DNA of 59,923 nt, the filler included, from Nemertoderma westbladi (Eukaryota > Animalia > Xenacoelomorpha): the NCBI GenBank assembly GCA_032718475.1. It is 2 parts of 2 records of this genome, joined end to end, with 100 filler letters (N's around TTAATTAATTAA, not from the genome) between each part and the next. Parts side by side here need not be neighbours in the genome. Positions count along the whole stretch, not along the records: positions 1 to 31,025 come from JAUCBJ010000611.1; positions 31,126 to 59,923 come from JAUCBJ010001837.1. The stretch is one strand, 5' to 3'. The notes beneath the pieces were generated by a model, which saw only the letters and a program-made list of their open reading frames with translations, was not told the origin of the DNA and made no database searches. This document shows positions 23,930-36,394 of the stretch, in pieces. Each line of letters begins with the position of its first letter. Positions within the stretch are counted from its first letter, which is position 1. Position numbers and translations under genes: made by a program.

Positions 23930-24320
23930 TACTAATACTACTATCGGCATACTGCGTTGCAGCTGCCTTATATATATATATATTACATATGTATTAAGAA
24001 TGCTATGCTTATGCTTGTCGACAAAATTGCGCCGCCACAACTCCCTACCACCCATGACATTTGCTAGTTCATCTGTATCTTCAAGGCCAGTGTCCTTTAA
24101 GATGCGTCTCAAGAAAGTCATGGGCTGTCCACCATGCTTATTCACACCATGAGACCGCCAAAGCACAAGATTATAAAGTGGCTGGTCCTCACGGCGAAAG
24201 CAATGTCCTGCAAAGCGGAGGCGGGCCCGTTCAAGAGTCAAGGTAGGGGAGACTAATGGAACACCTCCAATGTTGTATAGAGTCTGAGTGGAGATGTGTT
24301 CGTTGCACTTGACACAATTT
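23930..24320 (-). pseudogene. Second 3' fragment of the same RTE family as 10600-11730
   Basis: RLRFAGHCFRREDQP..VLW..HGVNKHGGQPMTFLRRILKDTGLED is nearly identical to the 10680-10890 region. Confidence 0.85.
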
Positions 24321-24639
24321 TGACACTGTTGAACTCGGGGTTAGATGAGCTACGATAAGAATCCAATGGTTCTGCGTCGGGGTCTTGAGATTCACCATTG
24401 GAAAAGGCGTAAACGGAGGAAAGCAATGTCACTGTCACTTTTACTGTATGCTGCGTAATTAATGCACAGTCGCTACTGTACTGTAGGCCTACTGTAATGC
24501 ACAGTACTAACATATTTGGAGTTCTTTCTACAGTCAAATGGATATGGTATTGTTGGTATCACGGAGTCTTGGTTAACATGAAATACAAATAACTTATAAA
24601 ATGACAACCCTATAGCTATAGCAACCCTTGACTCTGACA

Positions 24640-24951
24640 AATTGATTTCCCAATGTTTATCTTCTATCTGTGGAATTATCCTACCCATGCGTTGCGTGGT
24701 AACTGGAGACTTTAATCTGCCTGATTATTATTGGGTTAAATTAACCCATCCCTCTAACGAAAACTATAATGTGCTTTCTCAATATTTCCTAGAGACTAGT
24801 CTAAATCAATTGCAGCTAAAACCTACCCGTGGTAATAATGTGTTAGACGTGGTTTTTTCTACTGAAGATATGTTTATTTCTAATGTTAATGTTTTGGCCC
24901 AATTCAGAACAAGCGGTCACGATTCTGTTGTTTTGAGAATTTTGTCTGCTG
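24640..24951 (+). pseudogene. CR1-like LINE APE endonuclease fragment
   Basis: GDFNLPD, Q...PTRGNNVLDVVFS and SGHDSV motifs. Confidence 0.8.
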
Positions 24952-26722
24952 GCACTACTTCTCGTGATTGTAACAATACTCACGGTCTCGTAACACTACT
25001 CACTGTCTCGTAACACTACTCACTGTTTCGTAACACTACTCACTGTCTCGTAACATTACTTCTCGTGATTGTAACACTACTCAATGTCTCGTAACACTAA
25101 TCACTGTCTCATAACAGTACTCACTGTCTCGTAACACTACTCACTGCCTCGTAACACTACTTCTCGTTATTGTAACACTACTCACTGTCTCGTAACACTA
25201 CTCACTGTCTCATAACACTACTCACTGTCTCGTAACACTACTCACTGTCTCGTAACACTACTCACTGTCTCGCAACACTACTCACTGTCTCGTAACATTA
25301 CTCACTGTCTCATAACAATACTCACGGTCTCGTAACACTACTCACTGTCTCGTAACACTACTCACTGTTTCGTAACACTGCTCACTGTTTCGTAACACTA
25401 CTCACTGTCTCGTAACACTACTCACTGTTTCGTAACACTACTCAATGTCTCGTAACACTAATCACTGTCTCATAACAGTACTCACTGTCTCGTAACACTA
25501 CTCACTGCCTCGTAACACTACTTCTCGTTATTGTAACACTACTCACTGTCTCGTAACACTACTCACTGTCTCATAACACTACTCACTGTCTCGTAACACT
25601 ACTCACTGTCTCGTAACACTACTTACTGTCTCGTAACACTACTCACTCTCTCGTAACATTACTCACTGTCTCATAACAATACTCACGGTCTCGTAACACT
25701 ACTCACTGTCTCGTAACACTACTCACTGTTTCGTAACACTACTCACTGTCTCGTAACATTACTTCTCGTGATTGTAACACTACTCAATGTCTCGTAACAC
25801 TAATCACTGTCTCATAACAGTACTCACTGTCTCATAACACTACTCACTGCCTCGTAACACTACTTCTCGTTATTGTAACACTACTCACTGTCTCGTAACA
25901 CTACTCACTGTCTCATAACAGTACTCACTGTCTCGTAACACTACTCACTGCCTCGTAACACTACTTATCGTGATTGTAACACTACTCACTGTCTCGTAAC
26001 ACTACTCACTGTCTCATAACACTACTCACTGTCTCGTAACACTACTTCTTGTGATTGTAACACTACTCACTGTCTCATAACACTACTCACCGTCTCGTAA
26101 CACTACTCACTATCTCGTAACACTACTCACTGTCTCGTAACACTACTCACTGCCTCGTAACACTAATCACTGTCTCGTAACACTACTCACTGTCTCATAA
26201 CACTACTTACTGTCTCGTAACACTACTCACTGTCTCGTAACACTACTCACTGTCTCGTAACACTACTCACTGTCTCGTAACACTACTCACTGTCTCATAA
26301 AACTACTTACTGTCTCGTAACACTACTCACTGTCTCGTAACACTACTCACTGTCTCATAACACTACTTACTGTCTCGTAACACTACGCACTGTCTCGTAA
26401 CACTACTCACTGTCTCGTAACACAACTCACTGCCTCGTAACACTACTTCTCGTGATTGTAACACTACTCACTGTCTCGTAACACTACTCACTGTCTCATA
26501 ACACTACTCACTGTCTCGTAACACTACATCTTGTGATTGTAACACTACTCACTGTCTCATAACACTACTCACCGTCTCGTAACACTACTCACTGTCTCGT
26601 AACACTACTCACTGTCTCGTAACACTACTCACTGTCTCGTAACACTACTCACTGTCTCGTAACACTACTCACTGTCTCGTAATACTACTCACTGTCTCGT
26701 AACACTACTTCTCATGATTGTA
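24952..26722. repeat. 20-bp minisatellite (CGTAACACTACTCACTGTCT) with an interspersed 21-bp variant
   Basis: ~1.77-kb array; the variant AACACTACTTCTCGTGATTGT recurs; higher-order blocks start near 25081, 25442 and 25784. Confidence 0.95.
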
Positions 26723-27515
26723 CTGGTTTTTACATAAAGCGAAAACAAATATAATTTAATGTTGTGTACAATGTCTTATATTTTAACATGTCCGGAATCA
26801 TCAAATATTTATAACTGCAAAAACGGACTAGCACATAAAAAACAATAGCACCTTTCTAAAGTAACTTATGTTGATTATAAATAATTGTTTAGACCACTGG
26901 TACCTAATTAATACAAATAATTACGTCAATAGTGTGTTCCAACGGCCCCGAAGGACTGAGTCAGAGCAACCGTTATAACAAACAGAAATAAGAGAGTATT
27001 TAGACAGTATTTGCTCCTTGTTGAATCGTATATCGAAATGTAATATTTCGATATACGATTCAACAAGGAGTAAATACTGTAAGTACCCGGAGTGTACTCG
27101 GAAAGGTATTAACGCGATTTTGGACAAACATAGTGTCGGCATCGTCGTTTCTACTATATATTTAAATAGAAACCTAAATCCCATATTATTATATTAAACT
27201 TTTACTTTACGCAAAGATTCCACCCGAAATACCGACCATAAGGAAGCACAATATAGACTGTAACAATAACATTAACTTAAACAACGTAGACTTTATAGAA
27301 TTCGTACAGTTTGAAAAATATCTTGTAAGTTGATTTCCGCGGCAATACAGATAACATTTTGTATGTTTCATATCAGCTTCACCAGAAAGGTTATATGAGA
27401 GCTCATGACCTAGATATGTAAATTCTAGAACACATTATGATTGAATGTATATTATTTATCAAAATAAATAATATGTACATTGAATTATAAACAACTGCTT
27501 TGTTGAGTTCAAGTA

Positions 27516-28522
27516 ATAGGCGAGTCAATCTAGCCGAAAAAGGGGGTCAACCCATAACAAATTCGCAATTCATCCAAACCAATTTTTTTTATTCTACATT
27601 ACCTTGTTACTACCCCCAAAAAAGTGTATAAAAATATATTATGCGGATCACCTTCAATTTCCTGTTTCTTTCCTTAGCAACATGGATTTTACATAGCAAC
27701 AAGGGGTCTATTGGTGGGATTTTCTCCAAATTTGGTACAGACAAACTTTACTCTAATGACTATCGATTGACAGAAGTATGCACTTCTAGATAGTTACCAA
27801 TTTAGTTTCCAGAGCAACGGAAATTGGTCTAATAATTTATCCATTTTTAATACCAATTTTGCTGGTACAATATAAGGACCTTATTTACACAACTTATCTT
27901 CTAAACTACTAAACCTCAAAAACCCTATTCCCAAAAAATTTATTTGTTATATGATAAACTATTGTGGTTTTTAACTAAAAGAAATAAATAAATTACACCT
28001 AAAATCAATAGAGCAATCACAATTTTATTATGTGAAAAATCTTCACTAACATTAATGGAAATTATGAAATTTCCTTGCAGTGGAAATGTATGATGGAAAT
28101 GTATTGAAATGTATGATTGAATTATGATGTATTGAATTAGTTACCTAAATATATCGTGTAGTTTTTGATAGCGGTATATTTAATAATTTGATGCGACTTC
28201 AAGTTTCCGAGATATAGCAATTAATGTGTAACACGCCAGTGTAAATATTACTAATTTCACATTGAATCACAGCTTATTGTTAAATTAATTAAATTATTCT
28301 GGAACATCACCAATTTGCTACTTACTCTCCCCTAATTGTTCCTTTTGTTTGGCTTGTGTTATGCAAATTTACGCAGAATTTCCATGAATAAACATATGAT
28401 CCGCAAAATAAAATCTTATAGACTTTTTTTTGGTCATTAATAAGGTAATATAGAATCCAAAATGTGTGGTTCGGGTTGATTGCGAAATACTTATGGGTTT
28501 TTTGCCAGATTGACTCGACTAT
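27516..28522. mobile_element. Non-autonomous TIR DNA transposon (Tc1/mariner-like), ~135-bp imperfect TIRs
   Basis: ATAGGCGAGTCAATCT..ATGCGGATCA vs TGATCCGCA..AGATTGACTCGACTAT. The empty site is visible in the paralogous segment at ~30380-30395 (TTCAAGTA|CAGTTGTATT). Confidence 0.75.
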
Positions 28523-28607
28523 AACGTTGTATTAATAAGTTTGTGGTAATATATACAATATTGTGGTAGCGGTGGGATATAGAAAATAAAGTATTAATAG
28601 GAATATG

Positions 28608-29603
28608 TCAGGATCGGTAGATTTTGATGACGTCTTTAACCTTTACTCGGCATATCGGACACTTCCTCATTCCTCGTTGGATCTGCAAGGCGCACGTGTT
28701 GCAGAGACACAAGTGTCCACAGCGGTAAAGGACACTGTCTACAGTGTTATCGAGGCAAACGATACAGGTGTTAACTTCAGGGAGAGGCCCGGTTGGGGGG
28801 CTGCTCTGCGGGTTGGAGCGAGGGGGATGGAGCCTTGAGGGACGGGGAGTGGGAGAAACACGGGCGGGTTCGAGGGGACTGGGGACCCGAGGGGGCACAC
28901 TGGGGGGCACTGCGGACCCAGAGGGGGCGGGGGGACGTATAACTGCGGACCCAGAGGGGGCAGGGGGACGCGGAACAGCGGGGGATCGAGAACGATCCCT
29001 GAGCAGTTGGCGAGATGGTCGCTCTACCGGTGGTAGAGAACGTCGCCGGCACGCCGGCTCGGAGACCAACTCAGTAGGGGAATACCGGTTCGTAACCCCT
29101 AGTAACTGTACCCGTTCGGCATCACGAGCAATGTCTATAACCGGCCACAACCCCCGACTCCCGGTCGTCACTCCTGTTAGGTACACACTGTATTCCTCTG
29201 AGTCATACTTAATATTCAAATCACCTGAAGGACTCACAAAGAAAGAAACAGTTTCTTCTGCGGCCCCTTCCATAGGAGGATCATGAGCCGGTAACGTCTG
29301 CATCCAGAACCCAGGTTTATTGGTCACTTGGTAGCTGGACTTCAGTAACTTGATAGAATACGGGTCGTGCCGCGTGACTCCCAGACGAATGAAGCTGTAC
29401 CACGGCGACGGCCAGAATATCTTTATTCGCAGTACCTCGTTTATTTGGAGCACGTAATCGACGAATGTTATACCGGTACCGAGGAGGGTACGATTAGAAC
29501 TATGAGCTACCGTTCGGTTCTGTTCTAGAACTACGTTGTTTCCTCGTCTCGGGTGGAATTTAACCGCGGTTAGTTGGTGCTCGTTGATGAGTCGTTCGCA
29601 CAT
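28608..29603 (-). CDS. Neuralized-like E3 ubiquitin ligase (one NHR domain, Pro-rich linker, C-terminal C3HC4 RING), single coding exon
   Basis: NHR: KFHPRRGNNVVL..GITF..W...IRLGVT..DP..GFW..LWPVIDI. RING: CIVC..DSVLYRCGHLCLC..C..CPICR..VKDVIKIYRS. ATG to TGA, 331 aa. Confidence 0.88.
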   Translation of the reverse strand: MCERLINEHQLTAVKFHPRRGNNVVLEQNRTVAHSSNRTLLGTGITFVDYVLQINEVLRIKIFWPSPWYSFIRLGVTRHDPYSIKLLKSSYQVTNKPGFWMQTLPAHDPPMEGAAEETVSFFVSPSGDLNIKYDSEEYSVYLTGVTTGSRGLWPVIDIARDAERVQLLGVTNRYSPTELVSEPACRRRSLPPVERPSRQLLRDRSRSPAVPRPPAPSGSAVIRPPAPSGSAVPPSVPPRVPSPLEPARVSPTPRPSRLHPPRSNPQSSPPTGPLPEVNTCIVCLDNTVDSVLYRCGHLCLCNTCALQIQRGMRKCPICRVKVKDVIKIYRS

Positions 29604-29741
29604 TGCGAATTAACAAGGAAACAGACAAGACTCGTTAAATAATTCTATATGGCCTATTTTATTTTAAATTAGTTAATACAAATATATATTTAGGAATATT
29701 ATTGATACTTAAATATACCAATTATAAAATTATTCTGATTA

Positions 29742-30410
29742 ACATAAAACGAAAACAAATATAATTTAATATTGTGTACATTGTCATATAATTTAACATG
29801 TCCGATGGTGTATAATGGTTAACAGTATCGTCCAGAATTTTTACAAATATATACTGTATCATTAACTCGCTCACAATGACAACTAGCTAGCGCTTAGCTT
29901 TTTCATATTGCACGTTAAAATTGTAAATTATATCTTCTCCTCTTAATTAATATATGTACACACACACACGTACACATATAAACTAAATATAATTTAGCAG
30001 TAAGCCTATAAGCACATAATATTTATTTAGCGCAAAATTTGACGAGTAGAATAAACTAGGAAAGTGGCATGTACTGTATTTTCAATAAGATAAGAAACAA
30101 ATAATTATAAAATAATAATCAAATATAGGCCTATAGGTTGGATTAGGGAGGCTGGTGTTATATTTATAACTGCAAAAACAGACTAGCAAATAAAAAACAA
30201 TAGCACCATTTCTAAAGTAACTTATGTAGATTAGAAATAATTGTTTAGACCACTGGTACCTACCTAAGTTATACTGTAACTTTATATTATTACTGAATCT
30301 TTATTTAACAAAATAAATAATATATATATAATTATAATGTACATTAAATTATAAACAATTCTGAGTTCTTTTGTTAACTTCAAGTACAGTTGTATTAATA
30401 AGTTTGTCGT
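29742..30410. repeat. Diverged direct duplicate of the region 3' of the Neuralized-like gene (26732-26905, ~27432-27515, 28524-28550)
   Basis: Collinear matches: GAAAACAAATATAATTTAAT..AACATGTCCG; ATATTTATAACTGCAAAAAC..GACCACTGGTACCTA; GTTGTATTAATAAGTTTGT. Confidence 0.85.
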
Positions 30411-30423
30411 ATGTCAAGCCCTT

Positions 30424-30521
30424 CCAGTAAGAAGGTTAAATTCAAGGTAAAAAGGTATGCCGTTACCATGCAGCCATGGGAACGGCATATTTTCTTACCT
30501 TGACCTTATCCTTCTTACTGG
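30424..30521. repeat. 98-nt imperfect hairpin (~47-bp arms, 4-nt loop)
   Basis: CCAGTAAGAAGG..TCAAGGTAA..TATGCCGTT.CCATG / CATGG.AACGGCATA..TTACCTTGA..CCTTCTTACTGG. Confidence 0.8.
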
Positions 30522-31025
30522 CTGACTGGTACTGACAGTCTTGTGTGACGGCTCCCCTTCCTGACTGGTACTGACAGTCTTGTGTGACGGCTCCCCATCC
30601 TGACTGGTACTGGCAGTCTTGTGTGATGGCTCCCCTTCCTGACTGGTACTGGCAGTCTTGTGTGACGGCTCCCCTTCCTGACTGGTACTGGCAGTCTTGT
30701 GTGACGGCTCCCCATCCTGACTGGTACTGGCAGTCTTGTGTGATGGCTCCCCTTCCTGACTGGTACTGGCAGTCTTGTGTGACGGCTCCCCTTCCCGACT
30801 GGTACTGGCAGTCTTGTGTGACGGCTCTCCTTCCTGACTGGTACTGGCAGTCTTGTGTGACGGCTCTCCTTCCTGGCTGGTACTGGCAGTCTTGTGTGAC
30901 GGCTCCCCTTCCCGACTGGTACTGGCAGTCTTGTGTGACGGCTCTCCTTCCTGACTGGTACTGACAGTCTTGTGTGACGGCTCTCCTTCCTGACTGGTAC
31001 TGGCAGTCTTGTGTGACGGCTCCCC
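30522..31025. repeat. 39-bp minisatellite (CTGACTGGTACTGGCAGTCTTGTGTGACGGCTCCCCTTC) running into the gap
   Basis: About 13 near-identical copies. Confidence 0.95.
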
Positions 31026-31125
31026 NNNNNNNNNNNNNNNNNNNNNNNNNNNNNNNNNNNNNNNNNNNNTTAATTAATTAANNNNNNNNNNNNNNNNNNN
31101 NNNNNNNNNNNNNNNNNNNNNNNNN
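31026..31125. other. Assembly gap with artificial all-frame stop spacer TTAATTAATTAA
   Basis: N run + TTAATTAATTAA + N run, 100 nt in total. Confidence 0.95.
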
Positions 31126-32386
31126 CACGCGCCCATTCCAATCCGCTTCCTCGGATTTATTCCAACTCGCAGGTCGCCACTTTCTCGTATACTCGGACCG
31201 GCTATCGGGTTACCCCGTGGTAGTGGAGTGGCAGAATGACCCAACCGCTCAACAATGCGTGAACGTAATCCGCCCATTCTTTGTTGACCTCGGAGTACCT
31301 AATATTCTCCGAACCGACGGCGGCCCACAATATGCTGCCGAAACATTCCAGAACTTCCTGAAGGACTGGGGTGTACGCTGGGAAGCTAGCACACCACACT
31401 TCCCCAGCAGTAATGGACACGCCGAAGCCAGTGTCAAACAGGTGAAGACACTACTCCGGAAAATACGTCACCCCAGTGTCCGATCTGAGGAGTTCCAGCG
31501 GGGGCTATTAGAGCTCCGCAATACACCGCGCGCCAATGGGCGGTCGCCCAACGAAATCGTATTTGGACGACGGCTGAGGACATCCCTCCCTGCACATCAT
31601 AGCCACTATAAGCAGCAGTGGCAGACGAACGCCGATGAGGCGGACGCACGCGTGGCGACGCAACGAGACCAAGCTGTCCGAAACTATAACCAGACAGCCC
31701 GGAATCTACCGCCAATCCCAGTGGGAATCCGTGTCCGGGTCCAGGATCCAGTTACCAAACATTGGACCCACACCGGAACTACAGTGGAGGCAGGCTCGCG
31801 GCGAGACTACAGAGTAAAGTTGGAGTCGGGCCGCACTTGGTGGAGAAACCGCCGTTTCCTCCGCCCATACCCCTCCATACCACCAGGTGGCGATAGCGAA
31901 CCTCTATGTCAGGACCAGGACAAACCGCTTATTTCTTGTACGGCTCCGGGTTCATTGACCCCAAAACCGAAACAACCCGACCACCCTACGATATCTGAAA
32001 CTGAAAGTGAATTGAAAGTATACCACACACGTCCCAGCACCCTAGCTCAACGCAAGACGGTTACTTGGGAACTCGATCGCAAGCACATGGCTTGAGATCG
32101 CAGAGGAAAAGGGGGTGTGGTGAATTAATTATACTGTATAAATATATCAATATTACTATTGCATGCTTATATGGTGATGGCACTTGGGAATATATTCGGT
32201 GTACTGATTACTCTATATTGTACCAATATATTATGTAACATTACTGCTGTACTGCCTATGCAGGTACTGAGGTAGCATGACAGCAGGACAGTGTATTGCT
32301 GTACTTCAGTTGTACTCTTGAGAGACATTATACATATATTCTATTATTATAAAACTCTTGTTTAATGGGCTCATTAGCTCACAACA
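31126..32386 (+). mobile_element. Ty3/gypsy (Mag-like) element A: integrase, PPT and 3' LTR (32116-32386)
   Basis: RTDGGPQY..SNGHAEASVK..LELRNTP integrase ending at 32095; PPT AGAGGAAAAGGGGG; LTR TGTGGTG..CACAACA (271 bp). Confidence 0.9.
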
Positions 32387-33080
32387 GGGTGGCGGTCAAT
32401 AACTATGACCGGTCTGCCCTATCTAAACTGAATAACACAACTGATACACCAATCCAACAATCTGAGATAATATATGATTAATACATTGAATATTGGTTCA
32501 CCTTCTTACTCTACTTTGGCCCTCTACCCAATGGATGCTTTCCTGTTCCCTAGCATGTGCTTCCCTCCCCTCTATTGGCTAATATACTACTTGTCACCTT
32601 GGCACTCTCTGGGAGTGTTTCCCCTCCGTTGCTAGCCTCTACTAGCTGTTGTGTTATCCCCCGAGCATGGGAAATACATCAGGTTAGTTACATCAGATAT
32701 ATTCATTAGTCTATTGTCACAATACACAATAATCTATAATATACCTGTATACCGACACCATGCACGATACTACTGCAGTACCTGCATACCAACAATAGGT
32801 TCACTGCCTGACTCATATATATATAGCACCACCGGTATCCTACCTACAGTAGAATATCCAAGAGCACTCTTCATTGTTACAGTATAATTTTATATTCCAC
32901 CATCTCCCTTTTTTTGAGTTTGAATTTTCCTAAAAATTCAAACTTATTCATTTGAACTTATTTTTAACATTTTTTAAGTCCCAATATTAAATTGTACGAC
33001 TTTATTTTCAATTTCATTACAACCTCTCTTAGGACGAAGAAATCTTCGATTTCTCTTCAAAATACGATTTGAAGACAACT

Positions 33081-36000
33081 TTATATAATAATCGCGTCCT
33101 TTCCTGTCATGTCAGTTATTACACCGGTGCGTGACCACCGTTTGGTTGTGGGGTTCTGAAGCAGAACGTCTGTTCCAGGTAACAATGTCGCAAGGTTGCG
33201 GGCAGTTCGGTCATAATGCAGTTTTGCGGCCCTTGATAACCGCCAGGCAGACTCCTCTGCCTCTGCAGCTTGTTTTTGCCATGACGGATCAAAGGCTTTA
33301 TAATGCTGTGGGACATTGGACCGTAAAGGATGCCCATATACTATCTGGGCTGGGGAGCGACCATCTCCCCTCGGTGTGTTTCGTAATTCAAGCATCCCCC
33401 TCAGAAATGGTTCTGTATTAATTCGACCGTCGTCTGCCTTTGCAACGAGATTTTTTACTATTTTTACCGAAACCTCCGCATGCCCGTTGGATTGTGGATA
33501 ACATGGTGATGACAGTTTCCAGTCAACACCCCAGCGAACCAAAAAGTCTTTAAATATTTTGGAGTCATATTGTGGTCCTCCATCAGTGCGCATTCGTACC
33601 GGGACCCCGGTCTGTACGAAATATTGCCGAATTACATCGTCAACCTGGGTTGCTGATGGGTCTCTATCCCATCTTGTAACAAATGGGAACCCAGACAAGC
33701 GGTCTACATATACCATGTAGGCATGACCAGCAAACTTAAATAAGTCAGACGAGACAGACTCAAAAATCCGGGATGGTAGGGGGTCCGATATGCATGGTTC
33801 CTTTACATTGCTTGGGAGGCGGTACTGGCATTTCTCACAGGATCGTATAATGTCCTCTATTTGGGCATTTATTCCAGGCCAGTATACCGATTCCCTACTG
33901 CGCCGCTTGGTTCGCTCTAAACCTTGATGCGACTCGTGGAGACATTTTAAAATATCGCCACGGGCCCCTTTGGGTATAACTAATCGTTTACCAAACAAGG
34001 CTAATCCATTTTCTATAGACAGTTCATTCCAGATTTTCCGTAGCTGCTGTACAAATGGATTATTAACAGCTGGTGATTGAAAATTATTCTCTAGTGCTTC
34101 TATGAGCATTTTGTATTCGAGATCACCCTGAGCTATCTGCTGCAAATTTACAATCATTGGATCTTCATAAGGAGAGTATTTGCCAAAGTTATTATCATTT
34201 TTAATTGAGTTAGTTGCGGCCTCAAACACAGTAGATGCTACAGTATTTGAGGAACGACCTTCAACCTCATTAGAATCTGGATCACATACTGGTGCCCTGG
34301 ACAAAGCATCAGGCACAACGTGAGACTTTCCTTTCTGCCAAGTGAGTGTGAAATTATAACAACTAAGTTTCATTTTCAAGTTTTGCAATCTCACATTGTC
34401 CACCATATCAAGCGTATTAAGAGTTCATTATAGGTAGTAAAGGCCTGTGGTCTGTGACCACCGTAAAATGTGGCTGTCCATACAAATACATACGACACTT
34501 ATTAATTGACCAGTATATAGCTAGGGCTTCTAACTCTATTGTGGCGTATCGAGTCTCGCATTCCTTCAGAAATCGAGAACCGCATTGCACCAGTTGCCAC
34601 CTAGTGTCATTTTGACGTTTCTGGAACAGGGCAAAACCGAGACCTTTTGTCTGGGAAGCATCGGTTTCTATTCTAATTTCAGCGTTTTTATCGTAAGGTA
34701 CAAGAATTGGCGGGGTGGCCAACGCTTTTTTCACGCTTTAAAACGCAGAATCATGGTTATTTGTCCACAGAAATTCGTTTTTTATTTTTAAAATATCCCG
34801 TAATGGGGCCGCCATTTCGCTTATTTCTGCGGAAAACTGAGCCAGCTGCTGAACAAGACCCATAAACGACCTGAGTTCGGTGCGGTTTGTGGGTGCCGGG
34901 AAATTTTCTATTACACTAATTTTTGCTGGATCAGCTTTAGTTCCTTCTTTTGAAATAATAAATCCGCCGAATTTGACTTCATCTTTTGCAAAATCAAATT
35001 TATTTGGGTTCACCGTTATTTTATGTTTATGACACTGTTCTAGAATATCACATATTCTAGAAATATGATCTTTTAAACCCAAATCGGCTATTACCATCCC
35101 GTCCACCAATCTATGAACATTATCTATACCTGATAATGCTATATCGACCCGTAGGTTATACGAATCGCCCGTGCTAATATAGCCCATGGGCGCTCGATTA
35201 AAAACGAATCGTTCCCAAGGAGTAATAAAGCACGTTAGGTCCTTCGACTCAGGATGCATTGGCACCTGCCAATAAGCAGTTTTGGCGTCCAATGTTGAAA
35301 AATATCTAGAGTCCGGTGCGATTTCTGAAATAACGTCAATTGGTGAACTACTAGGGTGTACAATACGCTTAACCTGACGATTCAAATTCGTCAGACCCTG
35401 ATGCCTCCGTCTGGTTTTGGTACCACCACTAGAGGGTGGCACCACGCTGTGGGTCTGTCACCCACTGGTTCTATGATTCCCTTGGCTGAAAGTGAGTCTA
35501 ATTCTTTTTTAACTTCATCACGTTTTGCATACGCAATTTTTCTCGCTGAGTGTACGGCAAAAGGTTTACAGTTGTCTTTCAGCTCAATTCGCAAAGGATC
35601 ACCAATAATTTCGCCTGTCATTGTTTTCAAAACAGAATTAACATTGAACACTGAGGAATAAATATTAAACAGTTTTTTACGGATAGAATTCATCTGGAAA
35701 TTCGATGGATTTTCAGGGATGTTGTCTATCCAAGTTTTTCGAGCTGATTTTTCAAATAATGCGAGCTCGTCACAAACATTAGCACTATTTCTTGCAGTGG
35801 AACAACATTTTATTTCTTTCTCAGTTTCACTGGTATATATGTAAGGCAAAGGGTTTGGCCAGTCACGGTGAATAAGCCATAGTGCTTTACAGGTTTCACG
35901 TGACAAATACAGAAAGGGTATATTATCACAAATATTAATTTCGTCCAGTTTCTGTACCCCTTCCAAAGTTATATAGAGAAAAATACGGCCAATTTGTTTA

Positions 36001-36394
36001 ATTGGATGGCCGTTGATATTTAGTAAACGGTCATTGCTGGGTTCGAGCAAGTTGGCCTGATCGATACCCAACTTATTTAAAAATTGTTTCCCTGCTACTG
36101 TACGATCGGATCTGGTGTCCGGAATTGCACTACATTCAAAAATTGGTTTATTTTTATCTGAATTGAGAGTCAAAAATACAGTAATGACAGATTGTTTATC
36201 TTGAACACAAGATCCAACATGAACAGACACCTGGGTAAAACTTTCATCGCTAACCAATGCTGCCGATTTATCGGCCACTTTACTTTTACAAACACTAGCA
36301 AAGTGGTTTCTCTTTTTACAACGGTTGCAAGTTTTACCTTGGGCAGGGCAGGTTTGAGCCGGCCCGTGGCTTTCGTAGCCGCATTTGGTACATT
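33081..36394 (-). pseudogene. Element B gag C-terminus and pol (frameshifted)
   Basis: Zn knuckles CTKCG..H..C / CNRC..NH...C; protease IPDTRSD; RT LDAKTAYWQ..PMG..LVDGM (DD changed to DG); RNase H ETDAS..ELEALA..TDHRPL; integrase H.SHQG..C..C, RTDGGPQY, SNGHAE. Confidence 0.9.

Noticed and set aside
24952-31025. CRISPR-like appearance of the 20-bp and 39-bp arrays
   Set aside because: No unique spacers, no cas genes, and a eukaryotic context.
31070-31081. TTAATTAATTAA palindrome between N runs
   Set aside because: Artificial scaffolding spacer, not biological.
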